Origin: Candidatus Woesearchaeota archaeon
Lineage (GTDB): Archaea; Nanobdellota; Nanobdellia; Woesearchaeales; GW2011-AR9
Reading direction: 5' to 3'
Assembly: GCA_016179955.1 (NCBI GenBank)
Contig: JACPCD010000007.1
Coordinates: forward strand, 5,907-69,906
DNA length: 64,000 nucleotides
The notes beneath the pieces are model-generated. The model was not told the origin of the DNA. It was given only the letters and a program-made list of their open reading frames with translations, and made no database searches. Shown here piece after piece: positions 19,667 through 28,644 of this stretch (position 1 is its first letter; every line of letters starts with the position of its first letter). Both the position numbers and the translations under genes were made by a program.

Positions 19667-20350
19667 ATGACCCAATTACAATTAGACGGACCAACTGTAC
19701 ATACAACGTATTACGGCAAAAACGTAGAACAAATGCCTAAACTTCTTGCCGAGGGCAAAGAACCAATGAGTGTGGCTCATTTAATGGAACAACGACTGGC
19801 AGTACGAGACCAAGGAGTAAGTCCAGTACAGCATGACGCATGGTGGGGTAATTATTTTGACAATGCTGATTTATGGCTGCGACATCCAGACAAAGGCGGA
19901 AAAGTAGTTCCCTACAGCGCCGCAGTGCTTACCTTTCTTCAAGAACATCTTAAACCCGAAACCAAGTTAGTGGATTATGGAGTTCCCTTACCCGATGGAT
20001 TATACGAAGCCATGGACGGATTAGAATTGAAAACAGCTGATATTGGACGATTGCATTCACGAGGATATACCCCTACAGAAGCCAAGAAATCAGTGGTATG
20101 GAGAGAGTTGGCGCGGACACAAAAACGCTTAGATAACTATGTTGATGCTGTTGTTGTGGAAACGGGCAGAGAGCGAGACTTAATGAATACCTACTTTGGT
20201 GAAGCTTCAAAAGTTCCAACCGGGCGGCTTTGGTTTGTCAGCGGCAGGAACAACGATTCCCTTGCGGGTGGCAACTACAATCTTACCCTTGACTATGGTC
20301 GCCTGGTCGGGGTAGCGCCGGAGGCGCACGTCGCGCGCGCAAAAAAATAA
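19667..20350 (+). CDS. DGR target (variable) protein with C-terminal VR
   Basis: GGAGG RBS; C-terminus GRLWFVSGRNNDSLAGGNYNLTLDYGRLVGV is encoded by the VR. Confidence 0.9.
   Translation: MTQLQLDGPTVHTTYYGKNVEQMPKLLAEGKEPMSVAHLMEQRLAVRDQGVSPVQHDAWWGNYFDNADLWLRHPDKGGKVVPYSAAVLTFLQEHLKPETKLVDYGVPLPDGLYEAMDGLELKTADIGRLHSRGYTPTEAKKSVVWRELARTQKRLDNYVDAVVVETGRERDLMNTYFGEASKVPTGRLWFVSGRNNDSLAGGNYNLTLDYGRLVGVAPEAHVARAKK
20220..20315 (+). repeat. DGR variable region (VR)
   Basis: 96-bp ungapped match to 20542-20637; all 14 differences are opposite TR adenines. Confidence 0.95.
20315..20327 (+). promoter_or_regulatory. DGR cis-acting hairpin GCGCC-GGA-GGCGC just 3' of VR
   Basis: Perfect 5-bp GC stem with GRA triloop; absent after TR. 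Confidence 0.75.
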
Positions 20351-20541
20351 GAAGTCTACACCACCAATATCTTTTTATATCTCCTTCTTTTTTCTTCGTT
20401 GTCCCAGCATCAGCCATGAAGGCTGTACCATGAGCTGGACTACACGTCTTTCCACCACGGCAGCACGGCTGCTATAAAATACAGCCCCAACTTGATGCAT
20501 AGCACTGAAGGGGCAGTGATATAGTCCGTGGAAGGGCTACT

Positions 20542-20637
20542 CCGGGCGGCTTTGGTATGTCAACAACAGGAACAACGATTCCAATGCGAATGGCAACAAC
20601 AATCTTACCAATGACAATGGTCGCCTGGTCGGAATAG
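20542..20637 (+). repeat. DGR template region (TR)
   Basis: AAC/AAT-rich copy of VR (11 AAY codons), 32 nt upstream of the RT ATG. Confidence 0.95.
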
Positions 20638-20669
20638 ACCTGCTCATTTTTGCTGGGATATTTTCCCCT

Positions 20670-22328
20670 ATGGAAATTTCAACCATTTCTCTTTTTGACC
20701 AGCTATGCCATTATGATAATTTATATCTGGCATATTGGAAAGCACGAAAAGGAAAGACACAGAGAAAATACGTTCTTGACTTTGAAGAAAAATTACAGGA
20801 AAATCTTCTGCGGTTGCAGCAAGAACTTCAGTCTCAAACATATCATCCGAAGCCTTTAGAAACATTCATTCTCCGCGATCCCAAGACCAGGAAAATCAGT
20901 AAGTCTGATTTTCGTGACCGTGTTGTCCATCATGCACTCTGCAATATCATTGAACCGTTGTTTGAAAAAGGCTTTATTTATGATTCCTATGCCAACCGAA
21001 GAGGAAAAGGAACATTGAAAGCAGTACAACGATTTGATGAATTTAAGAAAAATGTTTCTAAAAATAATACCACTATTTGTTTCGTGTTAAAAGCAGACAT
21101 TAAGCATTATTTTGAAACTGTTGATCATGATATTTTATTAAGTATACTGAGTCAGAGAATTCATGATGAGAAGGTATTATGGCTAACCAAGATAATTCTG
21201 TCCAACCATTCCACCACCGCCCCAGGCACAGGAATGCCTCTGGGCAATTTAACATCACAATTTTTTGCCAACATCTATCTTAATGAGTTGGATCAATTTG
21301 TAAAACATACTCTCAAAGCAAGGTATTACATTCGATACGTTGATGACTTTGTGATTCTTCACTCATCCAGCAATCTATTGAAAATGTATGAACAGAAGAT
21401 AGGTTTATTCTTGCGGGAAAAGTTAGCCTTAGAACTTCATCCGCACAAATCAAAAATTGTTAACCTAGAATCAGGCGTTCATTTCTTAGGATTCAGGATA
21501 TTCTATCATTACCGGCTCATTCGAAAGAAAAATATGCATAAGTCTCAACAAAAGTTTCGGCAGCTACAGCAAGAATATCAGGAAGGATTGCTTAATCGGG
21601 AGAAAGTTATCGAATATCTTGAAGGCTGGCTGGCGTTTGCATCACAGGCAAATACCTATAAATATCGAAGATGGTTAATACGGTGGTTTAACCAAGCTTT
21701 TCCATTGGAACAAAAGACACCCCTGGTGGTTTTACAAAAACATCAGAACCTGATGATAAAATCGGAAGAAAGCCAGATACAATTTACCGTTCAGAAAACA
21801 CTTCAATTATTCAGAAAATGTTGGTCTATTTCCCAAATCGCGAGGGCCAGAGACATTACAGAATCTACGGTGTGGGCCCATTTGGCAAATCTGGTCGAAC
21901 ATTATCAAATACCACTGGCTAAGGTAATTCCAAAAGAAAAAATTATTAAAATTCTTCCAAAAATTAGGAATGAAAAAGAAACGTTGAAAGAAATTAAACA
22001 GAAGATTAATGATGCTTCCATAACTTATGAGGAGATAAATTGCGGCCTCGCAAGTATAAAAGCAAAGAAGAAGAAAAGAGGTATTGTCCCCATTGTTTCA
22101 AACTTTCAGCGAACAAATTGTTATCGCAAATGTTATTTTAATCCTCATCAGCGAAAAACATGTGCAAAGAAATTTGAATTATTCTGTTCCCATAATTCGA
22201 CACTGAAAATGAACCCCCAAGAATTTGTGGATTTATTTCAGAATCATATGACCATTTGCGTTCTTCCGGTGAAAGAGAGAAAAAATTACGTTTCGTGGAG
22301 AGAGTTTAGGAAGAATACATGGAAGTAA
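20670..22328 (+). CDS. DGR reverse transcriptase with C-terminal HTH_40-like and Cys-rich extension
   Basis: FRDRVVHHAL, KADIKHYF, GMPLGNLTSQFFANIYL, YIRYVDDF, FLGF; tail TLQLFRKCWSISQIARARDITESTVWAHL. Confidence 0.95.
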   Translation: MEISTISLFDQLCHYDNLYLAYWKARKGKTQRKYVLDFEEKLQENLLRLQQELQSQTYHPKPLETFILRDPKTRKISKSDFRDRVVHHALCNIIEPLFEKGFIYDSYANRRGKGTLKAVQRFDEFKKNVSKNNTTICFVLKADIKHYFETVDHDILLSILSQRIHDEKVLWLTKIILSNHSTTAPGTGMPLGNLTSQFFANIYLNELDQFVKHTLKARYYIRYVDDFVILHSSSNLLKMYEQKIGLFLREKLALELHPHKSKIVNLESGVHFLGFRIFYHYRLIRKKNMHKSQQKFRQLQQEYQEGLLNREKVIEYLEGWLAFASQANTYKYRRWLIRWFNQAFPLEQKTPLVVLQKHQNLMIKSEESQIQFTVQKTLQLFRKCWSISQIARARDITESTVWAHLANLVEHYQIPLAKVIPKEKIIKILPKIRNEKETLKEIKQKINDASITYEEINCGLASIKAKKKKRGIVPIVSNFQRTNCYRKCYFNPHQRKTCAKKFELFCSHNSTLKMNPQEFVDLFQNHMTICVLPVKERKNYVSWREFRKNTWK

Positions 22329-22423
22329 GAGATTACGATCCTACTATTTTCGGCTGATCTTGAATCTTTGCGTGGTACAAAAGATCATCTTAGATAGCGA
22401 AGCCATACTAAAAACCCACGGGT

Positions 22424-23029
22424 TTATTTCAACTCAATAACCATCCCGTCCCATCCCGGATTAACTAATTTAGTCTTACCAATAGTATCAGTCTGGCCTG
22501 CCGTTTCATGCAGATGGCCGGCGATAACTAATTTTGGCTTCATTCTTTCAATGAATTTCCGATAATCCTTATTGCCCACGTGGCGCTGGTTCAGCAAATC
22601 CAATGTAGTAGCAAACGGCGGGCCATGCGTCACTAATACTGTTTTCCGTTCTTTATAACTTCCATACCACTGTCGGGCAATCTTGCGGAAGGTGGCATCT
22701 TCCTGGGCAAATCCGCCGCCGCCATAGCCTAAAAACATAAAATCGCCGATAGGAAGCGCGTTGCCATGCAGATTGTGGCAGTGGGGATATTTCTTGACGA
22801 TATCCATCTGCCCTTCCCGCTCTTCATGATTTCCGGGAATGACGTAGAATGGCTTGCCCAAGGCATTGAACTGCTCTAACACTAATCCCATCCCCCGGCC
22901 AAAGGTAGAGAAATCACCGGCGCAGAGGACAAAATCAATATCCGCTTCTCCGGCACGGCTCAGTAACTGTTTCCAGGTCTGCTGGTCTTCATGCACGTCC
23001 ACAAACGTAAGAAATTTCATAAACGACAA
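22424..23029 (-). CDS. Calcineurin-like metallophosphoesterase
   Basis: DVH, GD, GNHE, THGPP, GHLHE, NPG. Confidence 0.9.
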   Translation of the reverse strand: MSFMKFLTFVDVHEDQQTWKQLLSRAGEADIDFVLCAGDFSTFGRGMGLVLEQFNALGKPFYVIPGNHEEREGQMDIVKKYPHCHNLHGNALPIGDFMFLGYGGGGFAQEDATFRKIARQWYGSYKERKTVLVTHGPPFATTLDLLNQRHVGNKDYRKFIERMKPKLVIAGHLHETAGQTDTIGKTKLVNPGWDGMVIELK

Positions 23030-23034
23030 AACAT

Positions 23035-23775
23035 CTAGGCCATCTCAGGAAGCAGTAGGTTTTCTTCCGGCTCTGCGACGAGAGGAGGTACAGGAGGTGA
23101 AGGGGATACTGTCTTAGAATCGTCAACGGGCTCAAGTGCCGTGGCCTTGCGGTCGCTTGGTGAGTTTGCCCCGGCGCCGTCAACCATTTCTTCCTGCAAC
23201 TTCAGCACCCGGATGGCCGCTTCTTTAAGAGGATAAATCTTATGCAGGTTCTTCTTCAGAGGCGCCAGAACTTTATTTCCCGCCAGGTTAACCATAAAGC
23301 TGGTGAAGTCATTGCTTTCAATCTCCGCGCGCAAAAATTCTCCCAGGTCCTTGCGCAGGTGTGCGCTGACGGAGCGCTGCACTTTGTGCAGGGTGATGAT
23401 TAATGTTTTAACCACCACTTTTTTCCCGTCTTTGCTGGTAAACATAAAATAATCATCCAGGCGGTCAGTATTGCCGCGGACCAACCGTTTTACGGACGTG
23501 GCTGTCAAGCTATATCCTATGACGTCGGTGGGAAGAATATGTCCTTTTCCTGCCCCCATCCTGAACGTAAGATAAACATTCTGATCGCGGGAATTTCCGG
23601 TAAGCTCCCGCAGGTTGATGCTGACGGTCCTGCCCTGGGCAGTTTCGGGTGACACTAAATAAGATTCTCCCAATTCCCGTTTTCCGAATTCCGCCGGCGC
23701 CTGAATGGTATACCAATTCTTCTTCGTGGTCTTGATGCGGCTTACTTTCGTTGTCGTAGCTTCATTTTTAGACAT
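23035..23775 (-). CDS. rps3ae: 30S ribosomal protein S3Ae with acidic/Pro-rich tail
   Basis: KNWYTIQAP..F, GRTVSINLRELTG, KIYPLK. Confidence 0.9.
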   Translation of the reverse strand: MSKNEATTTKVSRIKTTKKNWYTIQAPAEFGKRELGESYLVSPETAQGRTVSINLRELTGNSRDQNVYLTFRMGAGKGHILPTDVIGYSLTATSVKRLVRGNTDRLDDYFMFTSKDGKKVVVKTLIITLHKVQRSVSAHLRKDLGEFLRAEIESNDFTSFMVNLAGNKVLAPLKKNLHKIYPLKEAAIRVLKLQEEMVDGAGANSPSDRKATALEPVDDSKTVSPSPPVPPLVAEPEENLLLPEMA

Positions 23776-23836
23776 GGTACGGGCTTAATTAGGGGGGTTA
23801 TTTAAAAAGATTGTGTTGATTTGCGAGCAAAAAGCT

Positions 23837-24607
23837 TTACTGCAGAACATAATTTTCCGGCAAGGTAACATCTTTATTCTTGATACTGCTGACGACAATG
23901 TTGGTGAAGGTATCACGCTTCTCTAAAATCTGCTCATCGCCTTGGGCGGTAAATATTTCCTGCTGCAAGGGAAGGCCATAATAAGTATCTATGGAGAGCT
24001 GCTCGCGCTTTCCCTGCCAGTTCGAATATTCAATGATCATCACGCTACGCTGATCAAACAGACCGACGCGCAGTTTACGGGCATCCGAGCCGATGGCATC
24101 CAGCAGATGGAGCAAAACCGTGGGCCGTTCCCGGTCATAATCCAGGGAATACGCTTTATCCTCGCTGGAGCCGCAAAGTACCGTAGCAGAATTACATACT
24201 CCGACAGCCTTTTTCTTGGCAAAATCGAGGTGTACCTCATTATAAAAAGTGGCGGTATCTCTTCGTTGAGGACTGGCATAAACCTTCTTGGCCAGCCCCT
24301 CTTTGTAATACAAATCGAATTTTGTCGCCTCATCGTAATTACCATATTGGTTGCGGGTGCGGGAAGCAAAAGAATATTTATAATTTGTTTGGGCTTTGCC
24401 TTTGTCCACTAAAGCGGCGATATCCGCGCTGAGAGTTACCGGGGCGGGCTCTGTGGTTTCGCTGGGGATCACCACCACGGGGGGCGTACGTGCCGGCTCG
24501 GAGGGGAGTCCGGCTTCTTTGCGGGTAACGACTTCCTCGTCGGACGTAGAACAGGCTACGAGCAGCAATAATACGATGAACATCATGGACAGCAGCGCTT
24601 TTCTCAT
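23837..24607 (-). CDS. Putative lipoprotein
   Basis: MRK + hydrophobic + LVAC lipobox; Pro/Thr linker. Confidence 0.7.
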   Translation of the reverse strand: MRKALLSMMFIVLLLLVACSTSDEEVVTRKEAGLPSEPARTPPVVVIPSETTEPAPVTLSADIAALVDKGKAQTNYKYSFASRTRNQYGNYDEATKFDLYYKEGLAKKVYASPQRRDTATFYNEVHLDFAKKKAVGVCNSATVLCGSSEDKAYSLDYDRERPTVLLHLLDAIGSDARKLRVGLFDQRSVMIIEYSNWQGKREQLSIDTYYGLPLQQEIFTAQGDEQILEKRDTFTNIVVSSIKNKDVTLPENYVLQ

Positions 24608-24727
24608 AATGAGACCAGAAGAGAGCAATGCTATTTAAAATTTGCGGCTGGTTTTTGAACAACAGAACCGATTTTGTCACTGGCAAGCACAAAATATATA
24701 TAACCGGGTCGTTATGGGGATACCATC

Positions 24728-24982
24728 ATGGAAATAAAATTGTACACCACCCCCACCTGCACTTGGTGCAAACAGCTGAAGGAATGGCTGAAAAAGAAAA
24801 AAGTAAGCTATCAGGAGATTGACGTGGTGGAAAACGACCGCGAGCGGGAAGAGATGGTTGAAAAGTCCGGCCAGATGGCGGTGCCGGTGGTTGATATTGA
24901 CGGAACTATCATCGTCGGCTTTGATGAAAAAAAGTTAGAAGAAAAACTGGGGAAAGACGAAAAACCAGGGAAAAAGAAGTAA
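24728..24982 (+). CDS. Glutaredoxin/NrdH-like redoxin
   Basis: YTTPTCTWC, SGQMAVPV, IVGFD. Confidence 0.9.
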   Translation: MEIKLYTTPTCTWCKQLKEWLKKKKVSYQEIDVVENDREREEMVEKSGQMAVPVVDIDGTIIVGFDEKKLEEKLGKDEKPGKKK

Positions 24983-24985
24983 AAT

Positions 24986-25930
24986 TTATATCTCTTGGAG
25001 AACATCGTGCGGATTTTTCTGCTGAAATAAAATATTATATAAGCCCGTAATCACCGGCAATTCTAACTGAAATTTCTCTTTCAGATGAATGGCTTCCCTC
25101 ACCGCCGTTACTCCCTCTGCCACCATCTTCATCTCCGCTAAAACGTCGTCTAACCGCCGTCCTTGGCCCACTTGCTCCCCCACATGCCGATTGCGGGAAT
25201 GCCGGCTGGAACAGGTTACGATCACATCTCCCAGTCCAGCCAATCCATAAAATGTTTCCCGGCGGGCGCCCCACTGCAGCCCGATCTCCTTGATTTCTTC
25301 CAATCCTTTGGTCATCACGTACGCTTTCGCATTATCTCCCGCCTGCATGCCATCCAGAACGCCGATAAAAACCGCCAGAATGTTCTTCAGTGCGGAGCAC
25401 ACTTGAACGCCAATGATATCGTTGCTCAGCTCGACGTGAAACGAGGGGCTCTCTAAGACTCCCCGCAGCCGTGCTTTTCCCGAACCCCCGGCTAAGACTG
25501 CGCCGCTAAACAGGCCTTTGCACACTTCCTCGGCGTGGGTCGGCCCATAAAAACAGTACACTTTTCCAGATACTTTTTCTTGAGCCACGTCACTCAACAG
25601 CCGCAGGTTGGAGGCAAATCCCTTGGAGCAAATAATGACTGGTTGAGTGCCCAGGAACTTTTTTGCCTGCTCTATCGTCGATTCAACCGTATGGGAAGGA
25701 ACCGCTATCAACACCAGTTCGGCGTTCGCGAACGCTTTTTCCATCACAGGAGAGATAAAAATGGTATCTTGCAGCTTTGCGTCCGGGAGCAAAGGACAGA
25801 TTCTTTCGTCCTGCATCTTTCGGGCTTGTTCTTCCACAAATTCCCAGATGTTGAGGTGGTGATTGTTTCTGGCCAGATGGACTGCTAAGGCGGTGCCCCA
25901 GCTGCCTCCGCCGAGAATGGTGATGTGCAT
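24986..25930 (-). CDS. gpsA: NAD(P)H-dependent glycerol-3-phosphate dehydrogenase
   Basis: GGGSWGTALA, SKG, GPTHAEEV, LKNI, GDN, GLGDVIVTCSSRHSRN, AEGV. Confidence 0.92.
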   Translation of the reverse strand: MHITILGGGSWGTALAVHLARNNHHLNIWEFVEEQARKMQDERICPLLPDAKLQDTIFISPVMEKAFANAELVLIAVPSHTVESTIEQAKKFLGTQPVIICSKGFASNLRLLSDVAQEKVSGKVYCFYGPTHAEEVCKGLFSGAVLAGGSGKARLRGVLESPSFHVELSNDIIGVQVCSALKNILAVFIGVLDGMQAGDNAKAYVMTKGLEEIKEIGLQWGARRETFYGLAGLGDVIVTCSSRHSRNRHVGEQVGQGRRLDDVLAEMKMVAEGVTAVREAIHLKEKFQLELPVITGLYNILFQQKNPHDVLQEI

Positions 25931-26027
25931 GGGAAGAAGAGGAAGGCACTCCTATAAATTAGTTGCGATTGTGTTTGACTGCTGGAGAATGGAAAAGTAT
26001 TTATGGTTCGAACATCTAATTTATGGT

Positions 26028-26487
26028 ATGGGCATGGCAGCGTATCTCGAACATCTTGAAACAATAGCTAAGAAAGAGGTCCCTCTTCGTTTAGAGAATA
26101 TTGTGGGAGCAGAACATTCAGAATATAAAGCCGTTATTAACCTATTGAGTTATTAACCTATTGAGTTCTTCGCAAGGGTATACCATCAGTTTAGATGTTT
26201 ATGACGGCCATCATTTTGCTCAGGGGTATGGGGTTCCAGTCCCTCGACAAGGGTATGATTTAGGCTATTACTCTCGTGTCCTGGAACCAAGCGATAAAAG
26301 TATATTTAGAAAAAAGAGGGTGCTGGGGGCATTTGATAAAGGCAAAGACCGAAGAGCATTAAGGGCAGCCAGGAGAGAATACCAGCGAGTTTTGAAGAGC
26401 ATTGAGAGAGGAGAATATAAGATTACTTTATCTGGAAAACCGGGCACTGCAGAATTTTATTACGGCAACTATTTCCCCATTCTGTGA
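26028..26487 (+). pseudogene. Hypothetical gene frameshifted by a 16-bp tandem duplication (26133-26164)
   Basis: gttattaacctattga x2; removing one copy fuses the two ORFs (...AVINLLSSSQGY...). Confidence 0.65.
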
Positions 26488-26589
26488 AAAATAGCGCAGG
26501 AGAGTCCTATTTCAGATTACTATGCCAGTTTTAATAGTAGCTTTTATAGTACACAAATGCTTTTAAGCTAAACTATCTTCTTTAAAATT

Positions 26590-26952
26590 ATGTCAGCTGT
26601 AGCGACGAAGCAACTACGGAAAGAAGAAATTGCGTTAGACGATACTAAAGTTATAAGGCATAGAAGCGAATTAAGCGATAAGTTGGGGCTGGCTATAATC
26701 AAAGGCGGCACGTATTTTTCTATAGAATTAGGCTTAAGTAATACCAACGGAGAACAGTTATATCACCATATAAAAAAATACCATTTTTGGCCCAACTTTT
26801 TCCCCCGCCAAAATTTAAAACGTGAGACTGAAGAACAAGCCCGGGAAAAAGCAGAGACCGACTACCAGAAGTACCAGCAGAAACTTACGGAAGGAAAATA
26901 TCAACTGCATTTCTATGACACCGGAAAATTAGAAATAGAATTTACGGAATAA
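26590..26952 (+). CDS. Hypothetical protein, weakly similar to upstream gene
   Basis: AETDYQKYQQKLTEGKYQLHF vs ARREYQRVLKSIERGEYKITL. Confidence 0.6.
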   Translation: MSAVATKQLRKEEIALDDTKVIRHRSELSDKLGLAIIKGGTYFSIELGLSNTNGEQLYHHIKKYHFWPNFFPRQNLKRETEEQAREKAETDYQKYQQKLTEGKYQLHFYDTGKLEIEFTE

Positions 26953-27077
26953 GAAACACCCATTCAGAAAGAAAAACCAACAGCTCGACTTGGAATTAGG
27001 AGAGCCAAAGAGTCGGTTTACTTATTCTGACTAAAAGGCCCAGTTAATTTTATATACCACCCCACCATTTTAACCCT

Positions 27078-27242
27078 ATGGCCAAACCAATCAGGGCAAC
27101 ACCCACCTTAAGGGGAAAAGAGGCAAAACAGTTTTTGAAACTTATGGCTAAGAGAGAAAAGTCTCCGCTTTCGGTTATAGATAAAAAATTATATGCCAAT
27201 GTAGATAAGCATAGAAAATATTTTGAATCATTCCTTAATTAA
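27078..27242 (+). CDS. Small protein (54 aa), candidate antitoxin partner of the GNAT
   Basis: MAKPIRATPTLRGKEAKQFLK; TTTTATAT upstream; this type of N-terminus recalled from small ORFs beside GNAT genes. Confidence 0.6.
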   Translation: MAKPIRATPTLRGKEAKQFLKLMAKREKSPLSVIDKKLYANVDKHRKYFESFLN

Positions 27243-27776
27243 GTCTTTATACAATGGGATGGTGCCTTTTTCTCTTTGCTTTAAAACTTCAAAGCCAAAC
27301 TTCTTGTAGAAATGAATGGAATCTCGCGTAGGATTGGCATTCCTTTTTGCATCAGTAGTTATAAATCTCAATCCTATTTCTTTACTAATTTTTTGAGCCA
27401 ATACCAAAACAAACTCAATCATTAAAGTTCCAATACCTCTTCCAAGATAGCGGTCGGAAACACATAATCTACCAATTTTTAAAGCTGGAAGTGATTTATA
27501 GGGAATGCCTTTCTGTTTAAAATATTCTTTTATTTCACCCTGAAGGCTAATGGCATCAGCCAATACCGTTACATACGCAATTAATTCTTTGTTTGACTTC
27601 AAAAACCAGAGGTAAGTTATTGATATTTGTTTTTTCTGGTTGTCAAAAGCATCTTCAATTAAGAAATCAACAAGTTCCTGTTCGTATGACTTAAAATAGG
27701 CCACACTATGGAAGGGATTAATAATTTCAATGTGCAGTTCTTCAAGTTTTATCAGTGGTGGTCGTTGCTCTTCCAT
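27228..27776 (-). CDS. GNAT acetyltransferase, AtaT/TacT-toxin-like
   Basis: FLIEDA, LPALKIGRLCV..YLGRGIGT, RFITTDA, FYKKFGF. Confidence 0.85.
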   Translation of the reverse strand: MEEQRPPLIKLEELHIEIINPFHSVAYFKSYEQELVDFLIEDAFDNQKKQISITYLWFLKSNKELIAYVTVLADAISLQGEIKEYFKQKGIPYKSLPALKIGRLCVSDRYLGRGIGTLMIEFVLVLAQKISKEIGLRFITTDAKRNANPTRDSIHFYKKFGFEVLKQREKGTIPLYKDLIKE

Positions 27777-27786
27777 GGCCTCCTCT

Positions 27787-28644
27787 TCATTTCACCAACC
27801 GTAAACTCTGCTGCTGCTGATAATCATAATCATACACTAGGCTCAGCGAAAGGGTGGTGCTATAGGAGTTGAGCGAACCAATATATTTAGTGCAAATGAC
27901 CGTAGCTTCCTGCTGCTCATCAAAGCGGATGAATTGCTGCTCGTCCGCTTCTCCCTGGAAATGGCAGCGCAGCTCCTCTGAACCGAGCTTTGCCGGCCCC
28001 AGATTGACTTGATTTACCGTGCCTTCACCGCGATTCTGCAGGTGCAGTCGAAACTCAGCCTGCGCTCCGTCACCGGGAGCAATGATCTCATCTAACTCCG
28101 TTACCGCTAATGGAGCACCTTGCCCATCATACGATTTATGCGTTTCTACCTTACAGCCGGCATCATACGTTTCATACATCCGGGAATTGATGCAGAGCGT
28201 ATCCGCAAAGTCCACCGTCGAGCGATAATGGGCTTTCAGGAAAAAGTTGGCGGTATATTCATCAGCATTCTCAAACAAGTTTCCGGCACTGCCCCAAAAC
28301 TCTAAAAATGTTTTCTCCCCCTCAGGAGCAGTAAGGCTGCGCCCCGCTAGTGTATTAAACGACTGTTCCAGCGGCGCAACGCTGAAATATTTTTCATCTA
28401 AGCCGATGATTTGAACGATGCCTTCCGTTACATCATACGCCGCTTGATTATCGACGTTCACTATAATCTTGAATGTTGAACCGGGATAGATCTGCTCTGG
28501 GGGCGCATTCTCCAGGAACGTAAATTGAGTTTCCGCCATCCCTTGCTTGAAATTATACTGCCCGGCCTTCTCTCCGGGACCAGTGCTGCAGCCCAGCAAC
28601 AGAACGGAACAGAGTACTACGAACAGCAAAAAAGTACATCTCAT
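27787..28644 (-). CDS. Putative lipoprotein, beta-rich surface protein
   Basis: LLGC lipobox; Cys pairs; C-terminal YDY motif shared with upstream gene. Confidence 0.7.
   Translation of the reverse strand: MRCTFLLFVVLCSVLLLGCSTGPGEKAGQYNFKQGMAETQFTFLENAPPEQIYPGSTFKIIVNVDNQAAYDVTEGIVQIIGLDEKYFSVAPLEQSFNTLAGRSLTAPEGEKTFLEFWGSAGNLFENADEYTANFFLKAHYRSTVDFADTLCINSRMYETYDAGCKVETHKSYDGQGAPLAVTELDEIIAPGDGAQAEFRLHLQNRGEGTVNQVNLGPAKLGSEELRCHFQGEADEQQFIRFDEQQEATVICTKYIGSLNSYSTTLSLSLVYDYDYQQQQSLRLVK

Noticed and set aside
20220-20637. VR/TR pair as a CRISPR array or simple duplication
   Set aside because: Only two copies, no spacer periodicity; the A-specific mismatches and adjacent RT explain it as a DGR
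20670-22328. RT as group II intron maturase or retron
   Set aside because: YVDD with the GNLTSQ motif and a TR/VR pair; no intron domain V seen
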